A stretch of DNA of 64,000 nt from assembly GCA_050575255.1 (NCBI GenBank), contig JBNZDD010013611.1:2011479-2075478 (forward strand), read 5' to 3'. The translations under genes and the position numbers were made by a program. This DNA is from Harriotta raleighana. Lineage: Eukaryota. Shown here in pieces: positions 47,860-59,288 of the stretch. The notes under the pieces were generated by a model, which worked only from the letters and a program-made list of their open reading frames with translations, was not told where the DNA came from and did not search any database. Positions within the stretch are counted from its first letter, which is position 1, and each line of letters begins with the position of its first letter.

Positions 47860-48644
47860 CCCATCATGGAAAACACAATGATTGAGCCAATCGTGTCTTC
47901 AGCCAAATGTGCACTTTAAAGCAGGAGAGGAGTTAAGACTAACTTGGCGGATAGCATGGATCAAATTTGGGTCTATCTTAGAATATATGGATGAAAACTA
48001 AATCAAGCGATGCGTTTGTTATTTGCCGCACCAATGGAGATGCAATCATATCCACTTATAACAACCTGAAAGATGATCAAATCTTAGTTATCTTACTGGT
48101 GTCTTTATTGGACCTGACTTTCTGCCATTATGTACTTTTTTACTGAAGACTTTATTGCCCTTGTTGGTTGTGAAACTAGGAAATTAAATGATACAGAATA
48201 CTGTCTTAGTTTTTAGATCAGTTGAGATGGTGGCAAAGAAATTTCTCATGTTAGTTTCATAGCGAGGGGACCCTTTCTGCAATTAAAAAAAAACCTTTGA
48301 GGGAGAAATTCCACCTGGATCTGGTTTTACTCTCTTAATGTAGCATTTTAGTATCCAGGCAATTTGTTGAATTCAGATTTAATAGGGAGCATATATGAGG
48401 GAGATTAGAATAGTAGCGTATAGGAATGGGGTATAGAAAGGGTGGGAGTTCATGTAGAGTATAAAACACCAGCGTGAATTAGATAGGAAAAGTTGCCTGT
48501 TTCAGCAACAGTGTCCTTCATAGTGTCCTTCACGCAGGATAGCGTCTTAGAGTGCTTAACAGTGGCATAGCCAGACTCCGAGTTGGGTAGTTGCGGCGTA
48601 GGGGCTGAAAGTGTAACCTCCGATGCGAGGGACAGGCTGGAGAA

Positions 48645-48861
48645 CGATGCCAGTCAGCTTTCAGCCCCTATGCTCCAAAAGTCTGGAACACTTTCCCTCA
48701 ATCCCTCCACCTTACCTCCTCTCTCCCCTCTTTCAAGTCCTGCCCGAAAACTTTCCGCTTCGTGTTTACAGCCACCTCCCTCCAGCTCCGAGTGTTAAGC
48801 GCTCTGAGACGACATCCAGCATGGAGGGCGCTAGATAAATCGAAGTTGTTGTTGTTGTTGT
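48645..48861 (+). mobile_element. L2 family B 3' end
   Basis: gctttcagcccctatgctccaaaagtctggaacac..aagcgctctgagacgacatccagcatggagggcgctagataaatcgaag(ttg)n. Confidence 0.8.
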
Positions 48862-49404
48862 AAGTGCTCTAAGACTCTGCCTTTCGTGGAGGATGTTATA
48901 AAAGTGCAACTTGTTGTTGTTGTTCCTGCTGTATTTACGATTTGCGAGATTCTGGATGCTGTAATACTGTACTGTACAGCACCCCCTTTTAAAGAGTTTG
49001 TTTCCTTTTTACATCACTCGCAATGTCTACAGTGAATCTTTAGAATAGTATTGGCCAATAAGAGTTTAGACTGGCCACCAGTGTAGTCAATGCAGCACAG
49101 GATTGATCTCATCATACAAAATTCACGCAGATACTGTTTCCTAGTCCAAAACCACTTTCCTGTCACCAATGCTGAAGTAACCATTTATGTGAGTCTCTGT
49201 ACAGTACTTTCACATTTTATTCAAACGGCAGACAATACCCAGTGCGACACAAGCAGTAACACACAAACGATACAAGTAGGGACATATTTTTAGTGAGAAA
49301 CTTTGCTGGCTTTATCTTGCACCAATTTTTCAAAATTCAAGAATAAACCAATCACACAATGCATAATGCTAGGTCCAGCAACTGCGGCCGATACTGCAAC
49401 TTCA

Positions 49405-49945
49405 TGAAGTAATAGCTGAAAATGTTGCCTCACACATGTAAGTTGAACCAAATACGGACAGGAGTTTTGCAACTCCTGAATATTGCCTAGTGGCCATCCA
49501 AAAGTATCTTCTGCCATATGAGCAGCAGTGAGTCTCTTTCTCTTCAGCTAAATTCTGATGTCTGCAGAGAAACCATTTCTGTCTAGGCCTGTCTTGGGAT
49601 AGCAATTCGTGTAATTCACATGAATTACAGACATCAAATTAGACCTCTCTGAAATTAACGCGATGGCAAATCCACCAAGAGAAAAATCTTTCCTGAATTT
49701 TGGGGAGCAGATTTCTCAGCCTATTCAATGACGCTTACATTCCTAGAAAATCTTTGGACATTGGGAGAGTGTATTGAAGTCCCATTTGCTGCAATGTTGA
49801 CTGAAATTAATTTACATGACATGAGAGGTTGTTATGTAATCACTGTATCCATCCATCACATCTTTCAGCAAGTCATCAGGACATTTGAGCGCACAAATCC
49901 TGCTGGTGAATAATGCAGTGGAAATAGCAAATTTTGTTTTCCATC
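49405..49945 (-). pseudogene. hAT transposase relic (Charlie/Buster/SPIN group), frameshifted and internally deleted
   Basis: Antisense MENKICYFHCIIHQQDLCAQ (CxxH motif, ~49885-49944), LKDVMD just after it, and C-terminal dimerisation motif YFW..AKLLSVFGSTYMCEATFS (~49412-49507). Confidence 0.8.
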
Positions 49946-49957
49946 AATTTCTGCCAA

Positions 49958-50272
49958 GTTGAGTCTTGTAGCTCAGTGACTAGAACACTTGCCTCACAAG
50001 CAAAAGAACTAGGTTCGATTCCAGACTGGCCAAAACCTTGGGACAAATTTCCTTACTCCTTACGCCTGATAATAAGCCCTCAATAAAACAAAAACAAGAA
50101 CAAATTGTTCATTTCAATCCACTACTGATTGTGGGACACTGCTGTGTGCAATTTCCTGCCGCGTTTCACCCACAAATATGCAGTCAACTCGTTTTAAAGT
50201 GGATTTTGTGAAACGCTTTGAGACATCTAGAAGACATGAAAAGCACTATATCAACTGTAAGGATTATTATTA
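49958..50272 (+). mobile_element. Full-length SINE family A
   Basis: tgtagctcagtgacttagaacacttgcctcacaagc..ggttcgattcc..ccttactcc..gtgggacactgctgtgtgcaatt..gagacatctagaagacatgaaaagc..aaggattattatt. Confidence 0.9.
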
Positions 50273-50734
50273 CTGTTGAAGAATTTCCAATGTACATTGC
50301 CCGAACTTACTCATGGAAAGTGACAAAGCGTTGGAGGATCCCCAACTACTAAAACCTTATTCCTGCACAAGTTTCAAGAGGTCAGAAAGGGGAGAATTGG
50401 GGTAATGGGTATAATAGAAAAGGAAAACATTGGGGATGGGACAAAAGAGGGAAAGTAAAACATTTCCAGGTTTCTGTTGCAATAATATAATAGGCGAACT
50501 CGCAAGGGTTTCCAACCCCATTCAATACTGAACTCAAACAAGGCTACTGGCAGAAGAACAATGCACGTCTCTATTGTGGGGAACAGCAGTGTTCTGGGGT
50601 TGCCACAGCTAAATTCATTCATTCAAATGCGCTCTAATTGATGGTACACATAACATCACGAGCCACAGTTGATTGCAGACAACTGTGCTTTACAACTTTC
50701 CACCACTTTGGTTCTTAAACTACTTGTTTTTGTA

Positions 50735-51300
50735 ATTTGTTGTTGTTGTTGTTGACTAACGAAAATTCTAAGAAATGGGAATCAGGGATTAGGACCAGAG
50801 TGTGAGGGGGCTGGGTTTTATCAGCGAAGACTGAGAGATGGAAGGGTGGTTGAAGACACGATCGAAAAGGGATGGGGAGCCAGTGAAGCAAGGAGAGTGT
50901 GGGGTTGATGGGGCCACAGAGCTTGATGCGAGAGAGAACATGAGCTGCAGAGTTCTGGATGATCTGCAACTAGTGGAGGGAAGAGCTGGGAAGGCTGACT
51001 AGGAGGGAGTTTCTATAATCGAGCCTTGAGGTAACAACTGTGTGTATAAAGGTTTGGGCTGTTTGGGGTCGAGACAGTGAAGGAATCGAGCAATATTGCA
51101 GAGCTGGGGTAGGTAGAGGAGGTCTTGGCAAGGGCAAGGGCAAGGGTGAAATGATGGTCGAAAGAGACGCCCAGGTTCCTGACTGGCTTGGTGAGGTGTA
51201 TGCCGATGCAGCCAGTGACTTTGGTGCAGAGGCACTGAGCAATCAGAAGAACATCGGTTTTACTGACATCCAGTGATAGAAAGTTGGCTCTCATCCAGGA
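50735..51300 (-). mobile_element. L2 LINE ORF2 C-terminal fragment, degenerate
   Basis: Antisense WMRANFLSLDVSKTDVLLI..VRNLGVSFD..QTFIHTVVTSRLDYRNSLLVSLP..QIIQNSAAHVLSRIK..INPTLSLLHWLPI. Confidence 0.9.
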
Positions 51301-52589
51301 TTTGTGATACAAATGTCATTTTGCAATTCTTGTTGATGTCTGACAGACAGTTTGTCGGGACATCAACTGTCCTGGAATTGAGGATGGAGGTTGTGAGGTA
51401 GAGTTGAGTGTCATTCGAGTAAACTCGAAAGTGAAATATCCCTGTGAACGTGCATAAGTCATCTTGTTACAAATCATAAGTTGTACGTGCATCAAAGTCC
51501 CATTTATTGTTCTATTTGAAACCATACTGATTTCTTTGTACTGGTGGGATTTTAAAAGTCAGACTTTTCCTTTATTTTGACGACAATGATTCTCTTGATT
51601 GGATTCAATTCTGACAGCAAGTTTAAAATGTATAATTGAAATGTCAAGTTTACTGTAATTTTCTTCATTAATTCATACATATTTAAACATAAATGTGCCA
51701 ACAAAACTTGAAATAATTCAGTTCATATGGGTTCATGTCTATCAAAACAGTTTAGTTTTGAAACCTAGCTGCTTGCACCATTCACTGGACGTGTTTTCTG
51801 CGCTATTTGCTTTGACAATTAACAAATTACAAACCCACCAGATCAGAGTTTATTTTTCCAGAGTGCTTTGTGTAAAATAGGTCACATTTTTAAACCAAAA
51901 TCACTTCAAACAAAATGTTTTCTGAGGTAATTTATGGATGAAACACGAGTATTTGCATTTGATCTAGCGCCTTATGTTAAGATGAGAGTCACTTTAAAAT
52001 GTAGTGACTGTTCTTACGGTGAGAGATGGCAGAAATAACTCACAAACATAACCATTGGAAATTATTGAAAAATTCAACAGAACCTGAACTACATTTATGC
52101 TTTGCTATTTATCTGCAACTTCTAGGTCAGCCTGCATTTCAAAAGTCTTTAAAATATCTGTTTAACTTATAAAAATTCTGTCAATATGATGTTGCAAAGG
52201 CTCACAATATTCCCCACTGAATGCATCCTCTCAAAGGCCAGAGAGAATTGGCTAACAAATTGCATAAGTGCTTGTTTATTTTTGAATGGCCAAAATTAAG
52301 TGCACACATTAGAGAAGCTGGGCAGCAGTCAATAATCTGCAAACAAATGACATGGAATGGTTTGGAATCATGTTTTTTTAAGCATTGGTGTGTTACAATA
52401 CCAAACACAACTGCAAAGTATCAGAATAACAGCTGGCAAGCCAACCTGACCCAACACACACAGATATTTGCTCAGATATATTTATACTGAAGTTTCTTGG
52501 CATTTTTAACAGCTCAATAAGGTCTAGTTTCTTCAAAATTATCCATTGTGCTGGTGACGCAAAGCATGCATCCAGAGGGAAGAATATGA

Positions 52590-53190
52590 TATCGCTGCCT
52601 GCGAAGCTTTCCCGCTGCTTATCCAGCTAGGACCACCCTACCCTTTAGGGCTTTGCCTTGCAGGCTTAACAGGAGCTGAGTGGGAAGACTCCCCGCTCCC
52701 AGTGTCTGGTTCGCCCTTCCAGGTCCTGCTGATAAGCCAGACAGTTTGTACTGTCATCAGCAATGTCCTAGAGTGCTGCAGACCTGCCTAACTCAAGAAC
52801 CAAACTACCGAGATCGCACAGAGGACTGGCTTGATTCTGACATTCTGTTGCCAGCATGCCACCATGGAACCAGTTCATTTGGCTCCCTGAAAACTCTGCT
52901 CACCTACCCACAACGAGAATACCCACTCGTTGGTCATTTGACATGTCACAAGCATGGGTTTGAGCCTCACTTGGTGGATAGTAAGGTTACCAGGCGCTCC
53001 TTGCGAGCTCCATGATGGGCAACGCATCTCAGCATGAAATGCGTTAGAGCATTGCCACCGTGGTCCAGGGATCGAGGACACTTCCCGTCCCATTGAGTGA
53101 TGGTCCCATTGAGTGATGGTTCCACCAATTGGAGGTGCAGAGTTACAAAGCAGCTGTTTGCCTCTCTGCAGGCGAATCAAGGTGGATTCC
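52590..53190 (-). mobile_element. Degenerate non-LTR retrotransposon ORF2 C-terminus with CCHC knuckle (copy 2)
   Basis: Antisense LQRGKQLL../TSNWW../WDGKCPRSLDHGGNALTHFMLRCVAHHGARKERL../MSNDQRVGIL; colinear with 27040-27530. Confidence 0.6.
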
Positions 53191-53454
53191 AGGCGCTGGG
53201 CATAGGAAAGTATGTCACAAACTTGGAATTTTACTTTACAAATGGGACACTAGTGTGATTCTACAGAAAGAGAGAGTGAGGTGATACAGTATTGATGCAT
53301 TTTGCAGAAACACACAACATCATGAACTAGCTATATTAAAACACATTTCCTCAGTTGTGCATAATGCTAGGATGAAGATGAAGCAGATCTACATGGACTC
53401 TTACTGCTCCTCAAGCTACAACAACTTACATTTTCATAGCATCCTACACATAGA

Positions 53455-53800
53455 GGAGCATGGGACTTAAACCCACAACTTTCTGACACAGAGGTGAGAC
53501 TATTATTAACTGAGCCAGACTGACACAGGTGGGTTTTAAACTGGGATTTAGATAAAGAGGGGACAAGGCAGAGAGATCGAGGCATAACATTCCAGATGTC
53601 AGGGGTATAGTGGCTGAAGGCTTGACCTCCGATGATGGTAGAAAGGGGAGGGAGGAGAAAACATAGAGCAGGCCTGCAGTAACTGAATGGACGAGTTGAG
53701 CAGAGGAGTAGGAAACAACAATATCATTGATAGGGAGTGATTTATATGAGAGAGTGAGGACCCTGAAGTCGATCCATTTGGGGAGAAATGACCGCACAAT
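53455..53800 (-). mobile_element. Deu-SINE head (53455-53525) and L2 3' fragment (53528-53800)
   Basis: tgggacttaaacccacaactttctgacacagagg..actgagccagactgac; antisense LPKWIDFRVLTLSYKSL..QFKTHL. Confidence 0.65.
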
Positions 53801-54643
53801 TTCTATTAAAAAAACTCTTCTTGCAAAACTGCTCTTCAAGTTAATAAATTTGGAGTCAGACTGAACCATTGAGCATTTCTCAATGCACAGTATTCTGTGA
53901 TTAAATTGCACATACATTATGTGAACATGGATTTGAATGCAAAATTGGTGGTGCAGTCAGTCCATAGAGGTTTCAGTCCCCACTGCTTTAGAGTGGGGAC
54001 TCAATCTACAGGCGTTCACATGTTCTACTTCAGTTGCCATGGTAAAAGTGACGGAAACAAAAGCATCTGTATCTTATTTTCAGATCAAATTTCACGCACT
54101 ATTTATCAAATCAGCAAAAAGCACTTTTGCTAGTCTGCCACAGTCTACTGGGAAATTCTTGAACACAGTTAACATGGGTATTTAAAGCAGACACAAAGAA
54201 TGACGGTTTAACGACACGTTCCTGTGTACGTGCCCTCAGCCACGAGAGTGCAGATTAATTATTAAAGGTCGCTGCAGAATTATAGCAAATCAAAACAGTT
54301 TTGTCATTTACAAATTTCTACGATTTTATCACCAAAGAACCCATTCAGTGGAGCCCTGGAAAACACCAGAAGGCACAATATTGCAGTTATACCGAGTTGT
54401 CAAAGGCAGTAATAAGTGACATTACTCTGCTCATGTTTACTGAAAGACCTACACTATAGTGGATTTTGATAATATGCTATTTCTAGCATTCAAATAATGT
54501 GTAGATTTTAGAAACAAAACCTGAAAATGATCCCTTACACGACAAGGAAATGAGTAAACCTGACAGATTGATTGCATTGTAATATGCCTCTGGGTGTACA
54601 ACATATTGTCACTGAAGATTGACCCTTCATATCTGATTAATAA

Positions 54644-54947
54644 TAATTATAATAATAATTACATTTGGCATAGTGCCTAACCATATCTTTGAGATGTCTC
54701 AAAAGGCTACCCAGAATATATTGTAAAGTGGATTGACACGTGTATTTTGTGGGTGAAATGTGGTAAGCAATTGCACACAGCAATGTCTCACAAACCATAG
54801 CCAATCGACTAACAACCAGGATCCTATTTACTGGTATTTAAGCGGAGATGTGTGGAGTAAGGAAACTTGCTAAGGTTTCTCCCTGCCTGGGAAATAAACC
54901 CTAGTCTTGTTGCTTGTGAGGCGAGCCACTCAAAGCAGAGGACTCCA
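54644..54947 (-). mobile_element. SINE family A, degenerate
   Basis: gagatgtctcaaaag..gtaaagtggattgac..gtgtggagtaaggaaacttgctaaggtttctccctgcctggg..gcttgtgaggcgag..ggactccac. Confidence 0.8.
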
Positions 54948-55634
54948 CTATGCTGCACAACTCCACTAATGCAGATCATTAACTGGACTTGGAATGAATT
55001 TGTCATGAAATACATCATGAATGTCAAATTATCCAAAATATCTGTGTAAACTTAGTAACATCATACATTTGACCTCATTCCTGAGCTCAGTTGGATCACT
55101 CCTCTATCCTTGAAGAAGGGAGGATGCCTTAAAATCAACCTTAAATAAAATAAAAGCCCTTTTTTTGGTCATAAGATGAGTGTCTGATGGAGCAACCAAA
55201 CACAATGTTTAAGAGAATCCAACCCAGACAAACTTCAACATACACCTGGAATTGTAAATAAAGTGCTGGCATTTTGATCTGTTTCACCACAAAAATATTT
55301 TAGCCGTGGGGTACTTTTATTAAGAGATTTGTATGCCTCCTATCACAACAAACTCATGAATGAATTACTCAATCAGGTCAGCAGTCGTGTAAAAGTCGCT
55401 CTTATCAGGCATCAGCCAGTCTCCATTTTAAAATCACTGTAAAGCTTTCAACCGTAAAGTATTACTTTAGTCAAACATGCACTTGTGTAACCATCATTCT
55501 GGTAATCATGCGAATGTTAACACATCAACCATTTTTATTAGTGGGCTGCTGTTACCTGTAGCTATGCAAAAGCTTTTAACTTTTACATAAATTTTAAATG
55601 TTGTACATTCTAAACACTCTCTTCATACATTCAT

Positions 55635-56066
55635 TCTATACCAAAAAGGCAAATGTCTGTTTATGTATGCGTCTGCGAAGAATGCAATAACCAATTGGCG
55701 TAGAGGCATAATTTATACCTCATTGAAAGGTCTTGTATGGGGGAACGCCATGGGTGTATTTTTATTTGGGGGTGGGGGTTCTCCTATCATGGCCTAAATA
55801 AGTTCATCACACATATATGGATTCCAAAAGGAGTTCTCCCAACCAGGCGTCCTCCCAACCTGGAGTCCTCCCAAAAGGAAACATGCACAAATATGTGACC
55901 AAGAGATGCTAACAAGTTCAATAGCACATTTTCTTAAAATTAATGGATAAAGATGCCTAAGAGGCAAAGATCAAACCTTTCAAGGACAAATAAAAATGCC
56001 AAATGAAAGAGAGAAGGCCGATTAAATGATACTAGTTACAAGCTTATCAGCAAAGGGTACAGCTAG
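55635..56066 (+). mobile_element. Probable non-autonomous Helitron
   Basis: 5' TCTATAC..aaaaaggcaaatgtctgtttatgtatg, 3' gggtacagCTAG followed by T, no TSD, internal 16 bp x3 minisatellite (ggagtcctcccaacc-like); subterminal hairpin not clearly preserved. Confidence 0.5.
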
Positions 56067-56687
56067 TTTAATTAATAAATCCATTCACTCATTAAATTCA
56101 AATTTAACACTGAAAAACAACATACTGTCATAAAATTAGATTTGCCTGATTTGATTTTGTAAAAAAAGTCTGATAACATTAATATTACCTTATTTTGTTT
56201 CATATTATATTATCATACATTTTTAGCTCTTTTTCAAAATAGCTGACCTAAGTCATGAAAGTGACATAGATGTGCTGTATTGTAAATGGGAAAGGATGTA
56301 AAATGATATCATATGATGCATTGTGTAATATGATGTCTGTGGTAATTATGGGACCCAGACGTTGACCCATTTTGTTGTTCAAAACATGCTTTTTTCTTAA
56401 AAAAAGGTCCTTCACTAGTTAGGTGGGAAGCTTCATCAGATACTGCTTGTCTCTCTACATCTCAGGGTAGATACCAAACTCTGATTATATGAGCACATCA
56501 GCAAATTCACAAACTACATGTAGAGGACCTTAAGGGACAACGCTGCTATTTGGAAGTTTTCTCCTGATTATCCTGGTTTATATTGCCTTCCAATACGAAT
56601 TTATACCCAAATTCAAATGAATTGTTCATTTATTTCACGTTTATGGACTTTCTGGCACAAATTATTTGCTATAGATTAACCTTCATT

Positions 56688-58700
56688 TCTCATCAACTTT
56701 ATTTTGTAAAGGTATCCCAAGTTGATTTTACATGAAAGGCAGTACATGAATGCAAATTATTACTATTTACTGTTTAATGTGCACTTAAAGCAGTTTAATC
56801 CATGTATATAAATAACAACAACAACAATAAACCTTGCATTTCATAAGAGCGCTTTTTCACATCTTCTGGACATCTGAAAGTACATCACAGAATATACAGT
56901 AAAGTGAATTGACACTATGTTTGTGGGTGAAACACGGCAGCCAATTACACGCAGCAATGTCCCACAAACAGTCATGGATTTAAATGACCAATTTATTATT
57001 GTTTTTTTTGAGGGATTATTATTAGGTACACAACAACAACAAAATTACATTTCTAGAGTGCCTTTTACATCGGGAGGATGTCCCAAGGGTGGGTGGGAGG
57101 GGAGGGATAGAGTTGGGAGGACGGCAGAAGACACGATCGAAAAGGAGGGTCTTGAGACCGGCCTTGAAGGAAGCAAGAGAGGAAGTGAGGCAAAGGAACT
57201 GTGGGATGGAGTTGTAGAGAGGGGGCAGAGAGGCTTTCGGTGATGGTAGAGTGGGTCGGGCGAGGGACATGGAGCGGACCGGAGTCGCTGAACAGTGGGG
57301 CTGGGGAGGTTGGTAGGGAGTCAGCAGGTCAGAGTCATAGGAGGGGACAAGGCCGTGAATGGCCTTGAAAGTGAGGACAAGGATCTTAAATTCGATCCTC
57401 TGTGGGACGCGGAACCAATGGAGCTGGGCGAGGGTGGCAGTGATGTGGTCGTGGAGCTTAATGGGGGAGAGGACATGAGCTGCAAAGTGCTGGATCATTT
57501 ACAGCTTGCGAAGGGAAGCGCCGGGAAGGGCGACGAGGAGGAAGTTTCCTGAGTCGGACCTTGATGTGACAAATGCATGGACTTGGGTTTTGGCAGCCTG
57601 AGGGGTGAGGCAGCGCAGATTGTGGCAATGTTACAGAGGTGGTCGAAGGCAGTGATGGTCATGGCGTAGATGTGGGGGAGGAAGTACAGTTCANTCTCAT
57701 CAACTTTATTTTGTAAAGGTATCCCAAGTTGATTTTACATGAAAGGCAGTACATGAATGCAAATTATTACTATTTACTGTTTAATGTGCACTTAAAGCAG
57801 TTTAATCCATGTATATAAATAACAACAACAACAATAAACCTTGCATTTCATAAGAGCGCTTTTTCACATCTTCTGGACATCTGAAAGTACATCACAGAAT
57901 ATACAGTAAAGTGAATTGACACTATGTTTGTGGGTGAAACACGGCAGCCAATTACACGCAGCAATGTCCCACAAACAGTCATGGATTTAAATGACCAATT
58001 TATTATTGTTTTTTTTGAGGGATTATTATTAGGTACACAACAACAACAAAATTACATTTCTAGAGTGCCTTTTACATCGGGAGGATGTCCCAAGGGTGGG
58101 TGGGAGGGGAGGGATAGAGTTGGGAGGACGGCAGAAGACACGATCGAAAAGGAGGGTCTTGAGACCGGCCTTGAAGGAAGCAAGAGAGGAAGTGAGGCAA
58201 AGGAACTGTGGGATGGAGTTGTAGAGAGGGGGCAGAGAGGCTTTCGGTGATGGTAGAGTGGGTCGGGCGAGGGACATGGAGCGGACCGGAGTCGCTGAAC
58301 AGTGGGGCTGGGGAGGTTGGTAGGGAGTCAGCAGGTCAGAGTCATAGGAGGGGACAAGGCCGTGAATGGCCTTGAAAGTGAGGACAAGGATCTTAAATTC
58401 GATCCTCTGTGGGACGCGGAACCAATGGAGCTGGGCGAGGGTGGCAGTGATGTGGTCGTGGAGCTTAATGGGGGAGAGGACATGAGCTGCAAAGTGCTGG
58501 ATCATTTACAGCTTGCGAAGGGAAGCGCCGGGAAGGGCGACGAGGAGGAAGTTTCCTGAGTCGGACCTTGATGTGACAAATGCATGGACTTGGGTTTTGG
58601 CAGCCTGAGGGGTGAGGCAGCGCAGATTGTGGCAATGTTACAGAGGTGGTCGAAGGCAGTGATGGTCATGGCGTAGATGTGGGGGAGGAAGTACAGTTCA
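56688..58700. repeat. 1006 bp tandem duplication separated by a single N (57694), probable assembly artefact
   Basis: 56688-57693 repeated at 57695-58700; identical ORFs offset by 1007. Confidence 0.9.
56824..57025 (-). mobile_element. SINE family A 3' two-thirds, ending at an L2 tail (duplicated at 57831-58032)
   Basis: ccttgcatttcataagagcgc..gtgaattgac..ggcagccaattacacgcagcaatgtcccacaaacagtcatggatt..gagggattattattagg. Confidence 0.85.
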
Positions 58701-58870
58701 GGGTCAAACAAGACACTAAGGTTCCTGACTGGCTTTGAGAGATGGAGAGAGCAGCCTTGGATGCTGATGCTGCCATCGCCTGACGTGCGGAGGCGCTGAA
58801 GCAGGCCAATCAGGATGGCCTCAGTCTTGCTGATGTTGAACTGAAGAAAGTTGTCTCTCGCCTAAGACTC
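58037..58870 (-). mobile_element. L2 LINE ORF2 C-terminal ~830 bp (partial duplicate at 57030-57693)
   Basis: Antisense NFLQFNISKTEAILIG..RNLSVLFDPEL..AAHVLSPIKLHDHITATLAQLHWFRVPQRIEFKILVLTFKAIHGLVPSY..SFKAGLKTLLFDRVF, with (GTT)n tail. Confidence 0.9.
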
Positions 58871-59044
58871 AATGAGCAAATAAAAGTAATTTAACATAAA
58901 ATATTATAAATAGTATCTTAAATCCAGAGACTCCCGACTCCAAATGGCTTGACACTGAGGCAGGAGAGAATTAACGTAAACTGTTTAGATCCAGAACTTG
59001 ATTAAAAAAACATCGATAGTTATTCAGCAAACATGCATCATGTC

Positions 59045-59288
59045 CCTATACTATCTTCCCTACCATCAGCGGGCAGGCTTTTAGTAATTCTGCCCTCGCT
59101 CTCTGGAATTCCATCCTGGCGTGTCTCTCCCTCACATCGTTCAAAGTCCAATTCAAGACCTACCTACCACTTTCGGTCATCATTCCTCCTCCCAGCCCCC
59201 CAGCTCAGGTGCCCAGCCAGCAGTGTTAAGCACTTTGATGTGTCCTCCCAACATGAAAGGTGCTATATAAATGTAAATTGTATTGTAA
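59045..59288 (+). mobile_element. L2 3' fragment
   Basis: ctctggaattcc..ttcaaagtccaattcaagacctacc..aagcactttgatgtgtcctcccaacatgaaaggtgctatataaatgtaaattgtattgt. Confidence 0.7.
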
